The translations under genes and the position numbers were made by a program. The notes under the pieces were generated by a model that was not told the DNA's origin, did no database searches, and saw only the letters and a program-made list of their open reading frames with translations. Source: Candidatus Nanohaloarchaea archaeon (lineage in GTDB: Archaea > Nanohalarchaeota > Nanosalinia > Nanosalinales > Nanosalinaceae). From it: DNA of 64,000 bases. Below are positions 1 through 9,286 of this stretch, in pieces; positions within the stretch are counted from its first letter, which is position 1, and every line of letters starts with the position of its first letter. Where the stretch lies: the NCBI GenBank assembly GCA_042218075.1, contig JBDGRK010000018.1, positions 50,224 to 114,223 on the forward strand, in the 5' to 3' direction.

Positions 1-1
1 T

Positions 2-439
2 AATTTCATCGTCTTCTCTTTCAGGATGCGGGTAAAACTCGAAACAGTTGTCGGCGCACTGGACCATATCGGGATTCTGAGTCCTGTAACCTACCAATTC
101 CTCTCCATCAGCCAACTCCATTACTCCCCTACTCAGCAGTGTGCTTCCTACACATCTGCCCTGTAAATGATCACTTACGGCTAGTCCCTCCTCATAGATC
201 GCATCAGCCTTCTTGGAGACACCTGAAAAGGCCACATACTCGCCGCTCTCATCCTTCGCAGTGATTAAGAGAGGAACACGCAGATGAGCCTCGGCATCCT
301 CTTCAGTAGGAACACCTTCCTTGGAGAAAGCATCCTGCGCCACATCAACAAGCTGGGACTCAGCCTCAGGATTCTCATCCAGAAAACTTTCAGGATTTTG
401 ATAAACCTCTATCTCAAGGCTGTTTCCAAAAGCGTCCAC
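2..439 (-). CDS. GNAT-family acetyltransferase, partial (runs off window start)
   Basis: Manual translation from GTG at 439 is open to the window edge and contains the motif-A-like AVSDHLQGRCVGSTLL. An upstream ATG at 482 is out of frame by 1 nt. Confidence 0.55.
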   Translation of the reverse strand, partial: MDAFGNSLEIEVYQNPESFLDENPEAESQLVDVAQDAFSKEGVPTEEDAEAHLRVPLLITAKDESGEYVAFSGVSKKADAIYEEGLAVSDHLQGRCVGSTLLSRGVMELADGEELVGYRTQNPDMVQCADNCFEFYPHPEREDDEI

Positions 440-758
440 CCTTCGGGGCTTCCGCTGTACCGTAGTCTTCTTGTGCTTTCATAATCAAATCACGTAACCA
501 AACATAGTCACAAAAACCTTAAAAAGGTTCTCAGATGGTAAAAGAAAAATTGGTTATAGCTGAGTCTATTTCAGCGTAAATTAAAAGTTTAGATTCAGTC
601 TTGGATCCAGAAAAATCTTGAGAACTAAATACCATGAGAAATTCTTGATGGAAGAAATTCGGACGTAACTACGACTGATTAAATCAATAGATACAGCGGG
701 TCCAAAAACATCCACCTTTCAGCCGCATATTAAATATTCCAAGAGAAAGCTTAAAAAT

Positions 759-1520
759 TCACTCCCATTCCATCTTCTTGGCCTTGTGACCCAGCATGCC
801 ATCGTAGCCTGAAGTCGACATCAGGACAGGATAGAATTCCTTCTCAGCTCTCATCTCTTCACTCTCTCCTCTCGCGAAAACTTCTCCTTTATCGACCTTC
901 TCAAAGTTCTCCGCTACAAACTCCCAGTCGCCCATCACTGTTCCTATCCTCTTGAAATGTTCTGGAGAGGAAGTCTCGAACTCCTGTTCTATCACACCCT
1001 CGGATGCTAGAAAGTTCTTCATCACCCTATAGGCGTTCTCCGCAGCTTTTCCGGTTCCCTGCTCACCGGCTTCAAGAGTAACTCCATCTACTTGCTCATT
1101 CAAAGCTCCTACACTCACAGGAAAATGGCACGAATAATCAACCCCTGTCGATTCAATAAGCGATCTGACCTCAGTATTCTTCCTGCTGTGGTTTGCAAAC
1201 GGTCTATCAAACGATTTTGTCGAATGGACGTCGAGAACCTTCGTGCCTTTGACTTTTTCTAGTATTTTCGCCGCGAGCCTCTCCTCGTAATTTTCAGAAT
1301 CTAAATTGCCGGGAAAAGACCTGTTAAGATCCACTTCAGTGAACCTCTCTCCCTTTTCTAGAGCTCTTTGATTCGCTACCAGGAACTGGACGGGTTTCCT
1401 GAACTCCCACTCCTTGTCGAGGAATCTTTCAATCGCCTCCTTGCCGCAGGGCTCGTCACCATGTATGCATCCCGATACCGTGTACTCTGGATTTTCTTCT
1501 CCCCTTCTTTCTACTCTCAC
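759..1520 (-). CDS. Succinylglutamate desuccinylase/aspartoacylase family peptidase
   Basis: HGDE, DLNRSF and DVHST motifs. Confidence 0.85.
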   Translation of the reverse strand: MRVERRGEENPEYTVSGCIHGDEPCGKEAIERFLDKEWEFRKPVQFLVANQRALEKGERFTEVDLNRSFPGNLDSENYEERLAAKILEKVKGTKVLDVHSTKSFDRPFANHSRKNTEVRSLIESTGVDYSCHFPVSVGALNEQVDGVTLEAGEQGTGKAAENAYRVMKNFLASEGVIEQEFETSSPEHFKRIGTVMGDWEFVAENFEKVDKGEVFARGESEEMRAEKEFYPVLMSTSGYDGMLGHKAKKMEWE

Positions 1521-1544
1521 AGCTTAAGAATACTAAGACGGCAT

Positions 1545-2717
1545 TTAAGAATTCTTCTCGAGTGCCTGGATCGCTGGAAGATCCTCTCCGCTCATGAATC
1601 TCACGAAAGCTCCACCCGCAATCGAAACGTGTGAGAACTCGTCCAGTTCGTGATCGAAGCGGTGCACAAGCGAGGAAGTGTGGCCGCCTCCCAGCACGGT
1701 GAAGCAATCTGTCTCCGCTATGGCTTCAACTATTTTCCTCGTTCCTTCAGGGTGTTCCTCGAATGCTCCCATCGGACCCTTCATCAGGATATCATCCGCC
1801 TCTCTTATCTCTGATACAAATTTTTTTGTAGTTCCCTCGCCGATGTCCCAGGTCATCTCTCCCCCGGGCACTTCCCCAACCTCGTAATCGCCAGAATCAG
1901 TCCTTACATCTGCGGGAAGAACAATCTTCTCGCCATGTTTATCCAGTATCTGTCTCAACTCTTCCTCCCTTGAGGAAAAGCTCTGCTCCTCTATCCACTC
2001 GCTCTTCTCACCCAGATCGTGCCCCTTGATCTTCAGCGCCAGTTCTCCGGGGATCCCGCCCAGAAGCACCTTATCCACGTCTTCAATCATTTCGTTCATA
2101 ATCCCTATCAGATCTGAAGGTTTTTCTCCCCCTAAAACCATCAATCCGTCGTGGAATTCCTCACTGACTCTGGAGCAGTTCTCATACTCCTTCTGCATTA
2201 TGGGTCCGGCACAGGATTCCAGCCTTTCCGTAAACCCGACCATCGAGCCGTGGGATCTATGTGCGGCGGAGAAGGCATCATCGACATAGATATCGAAGTA
2301 CTGGGATATCTTCTCAACAAAAAAGTCGTGAGCGTGGACCTGTGCGGGAGCGTTCTGGAGCTCTTCGGACAGGAACCGTATGTTCTCCAGCATCGCCACC
2401 TCACCATTATCCATCCTCGCAACTTTCTCCCCGAGTTCGGGACCGAAGAAACTTGGTACGAACTCAACTTCTCTTTCCATGGATTCTTCGAGTATTTCCG
2501 AATGTTTCTCCAAGGACAGGAAATCCTTCCTTGCCGGCCTCCCCTGGTGCGCGACTATCACCACTTTCGCATCTTTTCCACTCAGTTCCTCGATAGTTTC
2601 CAGGTATCTCTCGAACCTCACAGTCTTCCTGGGTTCGCCATCCTCTATAGGAAGGTTCAGGTCCGTCCTGAGAAGTACTCTCCTTCCCTCTAACTCCACA
2701 TCTTCAAAAGTCCGCAT
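1545..2717 (-). CDS. pgk: Phosphoglycerate kinase
   Basis: RTDLNLP, AHQGRP, LENIRF, DAFSAAHRSH, GGGHT motifs. Confidence 0.95.
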   Translation of the reverse strand: MRTFEDVELEGRRVLLRTDLNLPIEDGEPRKTVRFERYLETIEELSGKDAKVVIVAHQGRPARKDFLSLEKHSEILEESMEREVEFVPSFFGPELGEKVARMDNGEVAMLENIRFLSEELQNAPAQVHAHDFFVEKISQYFDIYVDDAFSAAHRSHGSMVGFTERLESCAGPIMQKEYENCSRVSEEFHDGLMVLGGEKPSDLIGIMNEMIEDVDKVLLGGIPGELALKIKGHDLGEKSEWIEEQSFSSREEELRQILDKHGEKIVLPADVRTDSGDYEVGEVPGGEMTWDIGEGTTKKFVSEIREADDILMKGPMGAFEEHPEGTRKIVEAIAETDCFTVLGGGHTSSLVHRFDHELDEFSHVSIAGGAFVRFMSGEDLPAIQALEKNS

Positions 2718-2775
2718 CAGTATTACGTTGTATTACCTCGATCGTTTTTAAGGCTTAACCGGGAAAAAACCAGAT

Positions 2776-3231
2776 ATGACAGAAGAACTGAAAATCAGGG
2801 TAGAGGACGAAAGTCGGGCCAAAAACAGGATTAAAGAGGTTGGAGCCGATCTAGAGAAAAAAGTTTCGGTGAAAGACACTTACTTCCAGGGACAGGGAGA
2901 AGACGAACTCAAAATAACGGAAACTGGTGAAGGAGAGTTTCTAAGGAAGTATGAGAAAAAAGATTCCGGCTTTCAGCAGGTAAAAAATGATGAAGTTGAA
3001 AATCCTGATGAAAAGAAACAGCAACTGGAGCAGCAATTCGGCATAAAGACAGTACAGCAGAAAGAGATAAGCTACTATTCACTGGGAGACAAGACCATAA
3101 TTCTGAACAGGATACGGAATACAGGAGTCTTCCTAATTCAGGGAGAAAACGTTAGGAAAGAGTTTCTGGAAGAAGAACTTGGTTTTGAGAACTCTGAGTA
3201 TATTGAAGCACCGTTCAGCGATCTTGAATGA
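2776..3231 (+). CDS. CYTH-domain (adenylate cyclase/triphosphatase-like) protein
   Basis: N-terminal EELK(I)R and DTYF; degenerate. Confidence 0.6.
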   Translation: MTEELKIRVEDESRAKNRIKEVGADLEKKVSVKDTYFQGQGEDELKITETGEGEFLRKYEKKDSGFQQVKNDEVENPDEKKQQLEQQFGIKTVQQKEISYYSLGDKTIILNRIRNTGVFLIQGENVRKEFLEEELGFENSEYIEAPFSDLE

Positions 3232-3510
3232 CTATGCCTCAACTTTCCTAGAATTCTCAATCTCCTCATCCATAATTTTGCCAAGATAGTTCACGATCTC
3301 TGAATCCGGGTTCAGCCTGTAGAGGGTTGTTCCAACGTACTTCTTTTTCTCCATAACTATGCGGTTTTGTTCCAGTTTATCCCATATTTTGTAAAGTGTG
3401 GAGCGTGAAATCTCTGCTTTATCCGCCAGTTCTGTTTTGGAGTATCCTACGTTCGGATGATCGAGTAAAACATCCAAAACTTTTTCTATCCTGTCATCAA
3501 TCAGAGTCAT
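3232..3510 (-). CDS. Winged helix-turn-helix DNA-binding protein
   Basis: SKTELADKAEISRSTLYKIW HTH. Confidence 0.8.
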   Translation of the reverse strand: MTLIDDRIEKVLDVLLDHPNVGYSKTELADKAEISRSTLYKIWDKLEQNRIVMEKKKYVGTTLYRLNPDSEIVNYLGKIMDEEIENSRKVEA

Positions 3511-3591
3511 ATAAGGTAGGAAGAATCAAGATATATAATTGTTTTGATTTTCCAACACTGAACGTCCAGAAATATACACACAAGGGAAAAT

Positions 3592-3870
3592 ATGGACTCA
3601 GAGGAAAAGAAAATAGCCATTCTGGCGAAACTTGCGAGGAAGAAAAAGTTAGGCATGAACTACATCCCTAAAGAAAAGGCTTTCAGCAAGATTCCATCTC
3701 ACGACCGCGGAAATCTTGACAGTATTCTCAAAGAAATGCGTAGAAACGGACTGATCGAATTTCACAAGAACCGGAAATGTATTTCCATCAATCCCGGAGC
3801 AGTGCCTGAAGTTATCGAACCAATTGGCGAGGAAGTTCCTGATTATATCATCGAGAGACTGGAGAGCTAG
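3592..3870 (+). CDS. Small basic winged-helix-like hypothetical protein
   Basis: 92-aa ORF divergent from the HTH gene, wHTH-like pattern. Confidence 0.55.
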   Translation: MDSEEKKIAILAKLARKKKLGMNYIPKEKAFSKIPSHDRGNLDSILKEMRRNGLIEFHKNRKCISINPGAVPEVIEPIGEEVPDYIIERLES

Positions 3871-3931
3871 TCAAACCATATTTAACTTCTTCCTCGTAAA
3901 ACTTCAACACTAATGAAAGGTGAATATTTTG

Positions 3932-3996
3932 GATTGTCGCAGGTTCCATCTGGAAGCTGCGTTGAGAAGCAGAATTCCTGCTTCGAATCGGCGATC
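3932..3996. repeat. REP-like two-hairpin palindromic element
   Basis: GATTGTCG...CGGCGATC enclosing a GCAG-TTCC/GGAA-CTGC hairpin and GAGAAGCAG-AATTC-CTGCTTCGAAT. Confidence 0.6.
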
Positions 3997-4056
3997 AAGT
4001 AAAGTTTCTATAAAACCAGCTGTAGCTATAAAAACTTCTTCTCCGAGTGATTCTGC

Positions 4057-5766
4057 ATGAGGCTAGGCGAGAAAGTCACCGAGCTTTCGAAGAGAAGAGG
4101 CTTCTATTTCCATACCTCCGGGGCTTATGGTGGAGTCGGAGGCTTCCAGACTTTCGGTCCAGAGGGAGCAGAACTGAAGAGAAATATTGAAGACTCCTGG
4201 AGAGATAAGTTCTCGCGCGAGCTTGGAAACAGGGAGATTGAAGCTCCGACAATCATGCAGGAAGACGTTTTCCGGGCTTCTGGCCACCTGGAGACTTTCG
4301 ATGATATGATCATCGAGTGCCCGGAATGCGGAGAGTCCATCAGGGCAGACCACCTGGTCGAAGACAACACCGGTATAGAGGAAGCGGAGAGCCTTTCGAC
4401 GGAGAGAATAGAAGAGCTGATCTCCGGGCACGACATCAAGTGCGGCTCATGCGGCAATGAACTCTCGGAAATCGAGGTGGAAGACTTCAACCTGATGTTC
4501 GAGACTTCTATCGGTCCGGGAGATTCACAGCCCGGATACCTGAGGCCAGAGACAGCGCAGGGCATCTTCGTTGAGTTTCCGCAGCTGAAAGAATACGAGA
4601 GAAACCAGCTCCCGTTTGGTATAACCCAGATAGGTAAGGCGTACAGGAACGAGATATCTCCGAGGAAAGGGCTTGTCAGGGTCAGGGAGCTGACTCAGGC
4701 AGAACTGGAAAAGTTCATCGATCCGGTGGAGGATGAACCGCCGCTTGAGGAGGTAGATGACGTGGAGCTTAAGCTCTATCCGCGTGAAAGACAGGGAGAA
4801 GGAGAACAGGATTACCTCAGGCTCACCGTTAGAGAGGCAGTCGAAGAGGAAGTTGTTGAGTCTGAGTGGATAGCCTACTACCTCGCTCACGCCAAGCTCT
4901 GGTTCGAGTCGATTGGAGTCGACATGGAAAGGTTCAGGTTCCGCCAGCACCTGGAGGACGAGCTCTCCCACTACTCGACGGACTGCTGGGACGCTGAATC
5001 ACAGGTGGATGGAGACTGGATAGAGATCGCGGGATTCTCATACAGGGGGTGCTACGACCTTTCAAAGCACGAAAAGTATTCCCAAGATGACTTCAAAGTC
5101 TTCAAAGAATATGAAGAGCCGAGGGTCGAGAAAAGAGCGAAGGTGGATCCCGACATGGGCTGGCTTGGTCCAACTTACGGAGACCACGCTTCAGAGATAA
5201 GTGAAGAGCTAGAGAGGATGGTGGAGGAAGAGCCAGAAGTCTTCGAGAGGAATGAAGAGCTGAGGCTGGAGATTGACGGAAAGATGTTTGAAGTTCCGGT
5301 TGAGAAGACAGGCTTCAAGATAGAAGAAGTTAAGAAGAACGGCGAGCACATTCTGCCACACGTCGCGGAGCCTTCCTTCGGCATCGACAGGGCAGTCTAC
5401 ACTGTGCTTGGCCACGCCTACGACGAGGACGAGGTTGATGGAGAAGAACGGAAGGTGCTCAGGATGTCGAATGATGTTGTGCCGACGCAAGTAGCTGTCT
5501 TTCCACTAATGGACAAGCCGGAGCTGAGTGAAAAAGCCAGAGAGGTCGAGCAAAAGCTGAGGAATGCTGGATTCTCTGTGAAGTACGATGAGTCGGGAAG
5601 CATCGGAAAGCGCTACAGGAGGCAGGACGAGATCGGGACTCCTTTCTGCATCACCGTTGACTACGAAACCCTTGAAGAGGAGCCGGAGACAGTCACTGTA
5701 AGGTACAGGGATTCGACAGAGCAGGAAAGAATAGACATCAGTAAACTCAAAGAATACCTGGAGTAA
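4057..5766 (+). CDS. glyS: Glycine--tRNA ligase (archaeal/eukaryote-type)
   Basis: ASGH, YLRPETAQGIF, RNEISPR, EPSFGIDR, SIGKRYRRQDEIG motifs. Confidence 0.97.
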   Translation: MRLGEKVTELSKRRGFYFHTSGAYGGVGGFQTFGPEGAELKRNIEDSWRDKFSRELGNREIEAPTIMQEDVFRASGHLETFDDMIIECPECGESIRADHLVEDNTGIEEAESLSTERIEELISGHDIKCGSCGNELSEIEVEDFNLMFETSIGPGDSQPGYLRPETAQGIFVEFPQLKEYERNQLPFGITQIGKAYRNEISPRKGLVRVRELTQAELEKFIDPVEDEPPLEEVDDVELKLYPRERQGEGEQDYLRLTVREAVEEEVVESEWIAYYLAHAKLWFESIGVDMERFRFRQHLEDELSHYSTDCWDAESQVDGDWIEIAGFSYRGCYDLSKHEKYSQDDFKVFKEYEEPRVEKRAKVDPDMGWLGPTYGDHASEISEELERMVEEEPEVFERNEELRLEIDGKMFEVPVEKTGFKIEEVKKNGEHILPHVAEPSFGIDRAVYTVLGHAYDEDEVDGEERKVLRMSNDVVPTQVAVFPLMDKPELSEKAREVEQKLRNAGFSVKYDESGSIGKRYRRQDEIGTPFCITVDYETLEEEPETVTVRYRDSTEQERIDISKLKEYLE

Positions 5767-5793
5767 AGGCTCTGAATACTTTTTCCCTTTCTT

Positions 5794-6552
5794 ATGAAGC
5801 CAGAAAACATCGCTCCCTTCTTGAAGGAAATCCTGAGATCGGGACGTGAACTTGAAGGAGGCCTGTATTCGAACCCAGAACTCTACGATGCAGTATATAC
5901 TCTGGATGCGGATTACCCGATCCTGGAAAGTAAAGTCAGGCAGAATATTGAGAAGGGTTCTTCTATTCTTTACATCGGCTGTGGTACGGGAAACCTGATA
6001 AGGAGGCTGGAGAACGACTACGAGATATTAGGAATTGACAGGAGCAGTCAGATGACAGATTACGCTTCAGAGAAAGTTGACTCTGAGATCAGAAATAAGA
6101 GTTCTTTCGAGATGGATTTTCATGAAGAATTCGACGCTGTGATACAGTTCGGTCTTTCTCTCAACTATATACTTTCGGAAAGAGAGATGGAGAGTCACTT
6201 CAGAAAGATAGGGGAGGCACTGAAGGAAGGAGGAGTATATCTGGCGGATTTCTGGACTTTGCTTGATAAGGGATCAGGATGGAAGACAGAATACGAGCTG
6301 GAAGGAGTTGATCTAGTTGTAGGATACAGCTTTGAAGAACTTGAGCATTGCATGGAGATGGAGATCAAGTTCAGGATTTCCTCCGATTTAGGTTCAGAGA
6401 AATTTAACAACACCCACAGGATAAGGAGCTGGGAGGTCGCGGAAATCAAGCAAATTCTGGAGCTTGGTGGGCTTGAGGCCGTTGGTTCCGAAAAACTGTA
6501 CGATCACCATAACTTCAGACTCGTAGAGGCAACCAGAGATAAAACAGGTTGA
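5794..6552 (+). CDS. Class I SAM-dependent methyltransferase
   Basis: ILYIGCGTG motif I; LKEGG. Confidence 0.85.
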   Translation: MKPENIAPFLKEILRSGRELEGGLYSNPELYDAVYTLDADYPILESKVRQNIEKGSSILYIGCGTGNLIRRLENDYEILGIDRSSQMTDYASEKVDSEIRNKSSFEMDFHEEFDAVIQFGLSLNYILSEREMESHFRKIGEALKEGGVYLADFWTLLDKGSGWKTEYELEGVDLVVGYSFEELEHCMEMEIKFRISSDLGSEKFNNTHRIRSWEVAEIKQILELGGLEAVGSEKLYDHHNFRLVEATRDKTG

Positions 6553-6578
6553 TAAAGAAGGGAGTCGTAGATTCTGGT

Positions 6579-7538
6579 ATGGCTGAATGCTCAAAATGCG
6601 GGAAGGAATCGATGAGCTTCACCTGCAAGTACTGCGGTGAAAAATACTGCTCGGAGCACCGTCTTCCCGAGAAGCATGATTGCGATGGGCTGGAGGAAAA
6701 GCTGGAGGAGGAAAAAGAAAAAGAGGAAGACCAGTGGTTCCAGGAGAATAAGGTGAAGAATCCCGCTCCCTCCCGGACGGAAAGAGAGTTCAGGAAGCCC
6801 TCTATCAAGCGTGATCTCAAGGAAATAATCACGAGTAATGTAACACTGTCTATAATCGGCTTCACTACTCTTGTTTTCGCGGTCCAGTCGATAATAAGCT
6901 CTTCACCGGGTTCACAGGCCTACAGTGCATTCTACAGTCTGCTGATTCTTGACCCGGCACTTTCGAGTGTCCTCGCGAAACCATGGACGCTTCTGACTGT
7001 AATGATACTCCACGGAGGGCTCTTCCACCTCTTCGCCAACATGGTAACATTCTACTTCTTCGGTTCGCCGATTGAAAGACTGGTGGGAGGTAAAAAGCTG
7101 CTGAAGTTTTACGCCGGAGCTGGACTTGCAGCCAGCCTTGGATTCGTGTTTTTCAGAAACCTGCTTTTCCTTCTACACGGTGAGGCACTGAGATGTATTG
7201 TACCGGGAGCCTGCGGAGGCATGGGCGTTCTGGGTCCGGCAGTAGGAGCTTCAGGTGCGGTGGTCGCGTGCTTTGCAGCGGTCTCAAGGCTTTATCCGGA
7301 CGCAGAGGTGCTGCTCTACTTCATCATTCCACTGAAGATCAGGACAGCTTTCCTGCTTTTCGCCGGTTTCGAGGGAATAAACATGCTTGTGATGCTTCTC
7401 GGTTACACTGTTCCGATTGTAGGCGGTCTTGCTTTCTCAGCACATTTCACTGGTCTGATAGTCGGACTCTGGTTCGGAGAGAGGATAAAGAAGAAGGTGA
7501 ATACAAGGAGTTCAAGGTTCGAGCTACTGGCGAGATAA
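6579..7538 (+). CDS. AN1 zinc-finger + rhomboid intramembrane serine protease
   Basis: CKYCGEKYCSEHRLPEKHDC; HLFANM, GASG, AHFTG. Confidence 0.92.
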   Translation: MAECSKCGKESMSFTCKYCGEKYCSEHRLPEKHDCDGLEEKLEEEKEKEEDQWFQENKVKNPAPSRTEREFRKPSIKRDLKEIITSNVTLSIIGFTTLVFAVQSIISSSPGSQAYSAFYSLLILDPALSSVLAKPWTLLTVMILHGGLFHLFANMVTFYFFGSPIERLVGGKKLLKFYAGAGLAASLGFVFFRNLLFLLHGEALRCIVPGACGGMGVLGPAVGASGAVVACFAAVSRLYPDAEVLLYFIIPLKIRTAFLLFAGFEGINMLVMLLGYTVPIVGGLAFSAHFTGLIVGLWFGERIKKKVNTRSSRFELLAR

Positions 7539-7568
7539 ACTTAATAGATTTCATGTCACTGAATATCT

Positions 7569-8015
7569 GTGGGAAAAAGATTCGAAAATGCCGCTGCCGA
7601 TGGCATCGAGAGTGTCGAAAACCCGGAGATAGAAGGAGTAAACGCAAATATAAGCTCTGGTTATAATATTCTGGATGCTTATATTTCGATCTCCACTTTA
7701 CTCAATGAGTTTAATTCTCCGACAATGGTAGTTGAGGCTAAAAATAATACATGCTACGAAGCGGGAGATAGAGCAATCGCAGAAATAAAGGGATATGAAG
7801 ATTGTGGATTGTTCAATCTTATTTTCAAAAATTCAGAGGAACTTCCAGGTCTTTACAGTGGTGAAGAGCCTGAAGCAGTGGTTGAAGATCGAGATGGAGA
7901 TATACAAAGCGGCCAGGTAGTATATTACCAGATTTTACCATATGAAATGGTTGAAAATGATCCAGTTCAAATCACAGGCGAAAATCCAATAGTCCAGAGA
8001 TTTTTCTCGGATTAG
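7569..8015 (+). CDS. Hypothetical acidic protein (start uncertain)
   Basis: Acidic ORF filling the gap; no recognisable motif. Confidence 0.5.
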   Translation: MGKRFENAAADGIESVENPEIEGVNANISSGYNILDAYISISTLLNEFNSPTMVVEAKNNTCYEAGDRAIAEIKGYEDCGLFNLIFKNSEELPGLYSGEEPEAVVEDRDGDIQSGQVVYYQILPYEMVENDPVQITGENPIVQRFFSD

Positions 8016-8557
8016 GGAGTTACCCTTTCCACCTCGTAATAAGTCACCTGCCTCTCCGCGTCGACCACCGCCCAGAGCATCGTTGCTCGAATATTGTGTG
8101 CGAGCCTCACCGCCCTTGACATCTCTTGGAAGCTGGTGTTGTAATCCTCAGGTACTGCATGCACAATCCACTTGGTATGCTCGTGGTCTTCCTTCGGCCC
8201 GTCCTTGTAAGGATTGACTCCCCTTGGATAGACCCTGAAGTGGGCTCCGAACTTGAAACCTGTCTTCACAATAAAACCTCTCTCCCTGAGATCAGAGTAG
8301 GCAGCGTACTTGTGGTCGAACTCGTCATCCTCGCTCGAAAAACGGTGGTAAATCTCCTCCCTCTCCAGTTTTTCACCATCCTCAACTATCTCAAGCTCCT
8401 CCCTATCGACGAGGTGGAGCGCTTCAACGAACGAAAGCTCCAGGTATTCCTCATCGTCAATAAACTTCCCGTAGTAAACCTCATCGTGTATCTTCTCCGC
8501 TTCTTCCTCGTCCCAGACCTTGACCTTGGTGTCAGAAATTTTGCCTTCTGCAGTCAT
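8012..8557 (-). CDS. endA: tRNA splicing endonuclease (tRNA-intron lyase), single-unit type, 181 aa
   Basis: LELSFVEALHL, AYSDLRERGFIVKTGFKFGAHFRVY, EH, VRLAH; start taken at MTAEGK. Confidence 0.95.
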   Translation of the reverse strand: MTAEGKISDTKVKVWDEEEAEKIHDEVYYGKFIDDEEYLELSFVEALHLVDREELEIVEDGEKLEREEIYHRFSSEDDEFDHKYAAYSDLRERGFIVKTGFKFGAHFRVYPRGVNPYKDGPKEDHEHTKWIVHAVPEDYNTSFQEMSRAVRLAHNIRATMLWAVVDAERQVTYYEVERVTP

Positions 8558-8588
8558 AGCAGAAAAAACACAGTGAACTTTTAAATTG

Positions 8589-9286
8589 TCAGAACTCTCC
8601 GAGCCCGCTCTGCTCAGACTCATCGATCAGGTCCTGTGAGGTACTCCAGCTCAACCTTGCCTCCGGCGGGAGTTCGCCTTTCTCTTTCAGGTATTTCTTC
8701 AGGAATTCTCTCGTCGGCTTGTCATGCGGGTAGCCCGACTTGAAGTCGTAGCCGTACTTTTTCTGAAGTTTTTCTACATGCTCCTCCCTTGCCGACTTTG
8801 CCACTATGGAAGCTGCTGATACTATATCATATTCTTCATCTGCCCCGTGCTCCGCCACAAACTTCATATCCTTGAACTTAACCGGCAACTGGTCTTTCAG
8901 CTTCCGGATGAATCGGTCTCCATCCGGCTCCGGCAGATCCACAAATACTTCATCCGCATCCGACCTCCTTATGACGTCAACAAAACCTTTAACCTCGATC
9001 TCGTTCAGGTTCATCACCTGGCTGAGCTCATCTATCTCCGAGGCCTCTATCTCTTTCAGGAAAGTCCTTCCAAGACCATCAAGCTGCTCTCTCAGTCTTT
9101 CCCTTTTCGAATCAGAAAGCTTCTTCGAATCTTTAACTCCAAGTTCGTCCAGTTCGTCCATTCGGGCCTCATCAACCATGAAGCCTCCAATAAACATCGA
9201 GCCGATGACGGGGCCTTTAGGCCAAACAAGACCGGAGATCCCGTTTATCTGCCTGCCTCGTCAACGCCCATGATCTTTTTAGTCAC
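8589..9286 (-). CDS. rnhB: Ribonuclease HII, spliced: complement(join(8589..9216,9249..9286)), 221 aa
   Basis: GTG-TKKIMGVDEAGR | GPVIGSMFIGG; also KDSKKL, VSAASIVAK, SGYPHD. Removing the 32-nt insert gives 666 nt in frame. Confidence 0.9.
9217..9248 (-). other. Putative 32-nt BHB-type mRNA intron in rnhB
   Basis: AGGC-AGA-[UAAACGGGA..UCUUGUUUG]-GCCU-AAA; cutting after nt 2 of each bulge regenerates GGC AGA GGC CCC (GRGP). Confidence 0.8.

Noticed and set aside
431-456. Second mRNA intron at the GNAT 5' frameshift
   Set aside because: The hairpin AGCG-GAA-GCCC/GGGT-GGA-CGCT has opposed bulges (an internal loop), not BHB geometry; a 1-nt indel or a GTG start explains it.
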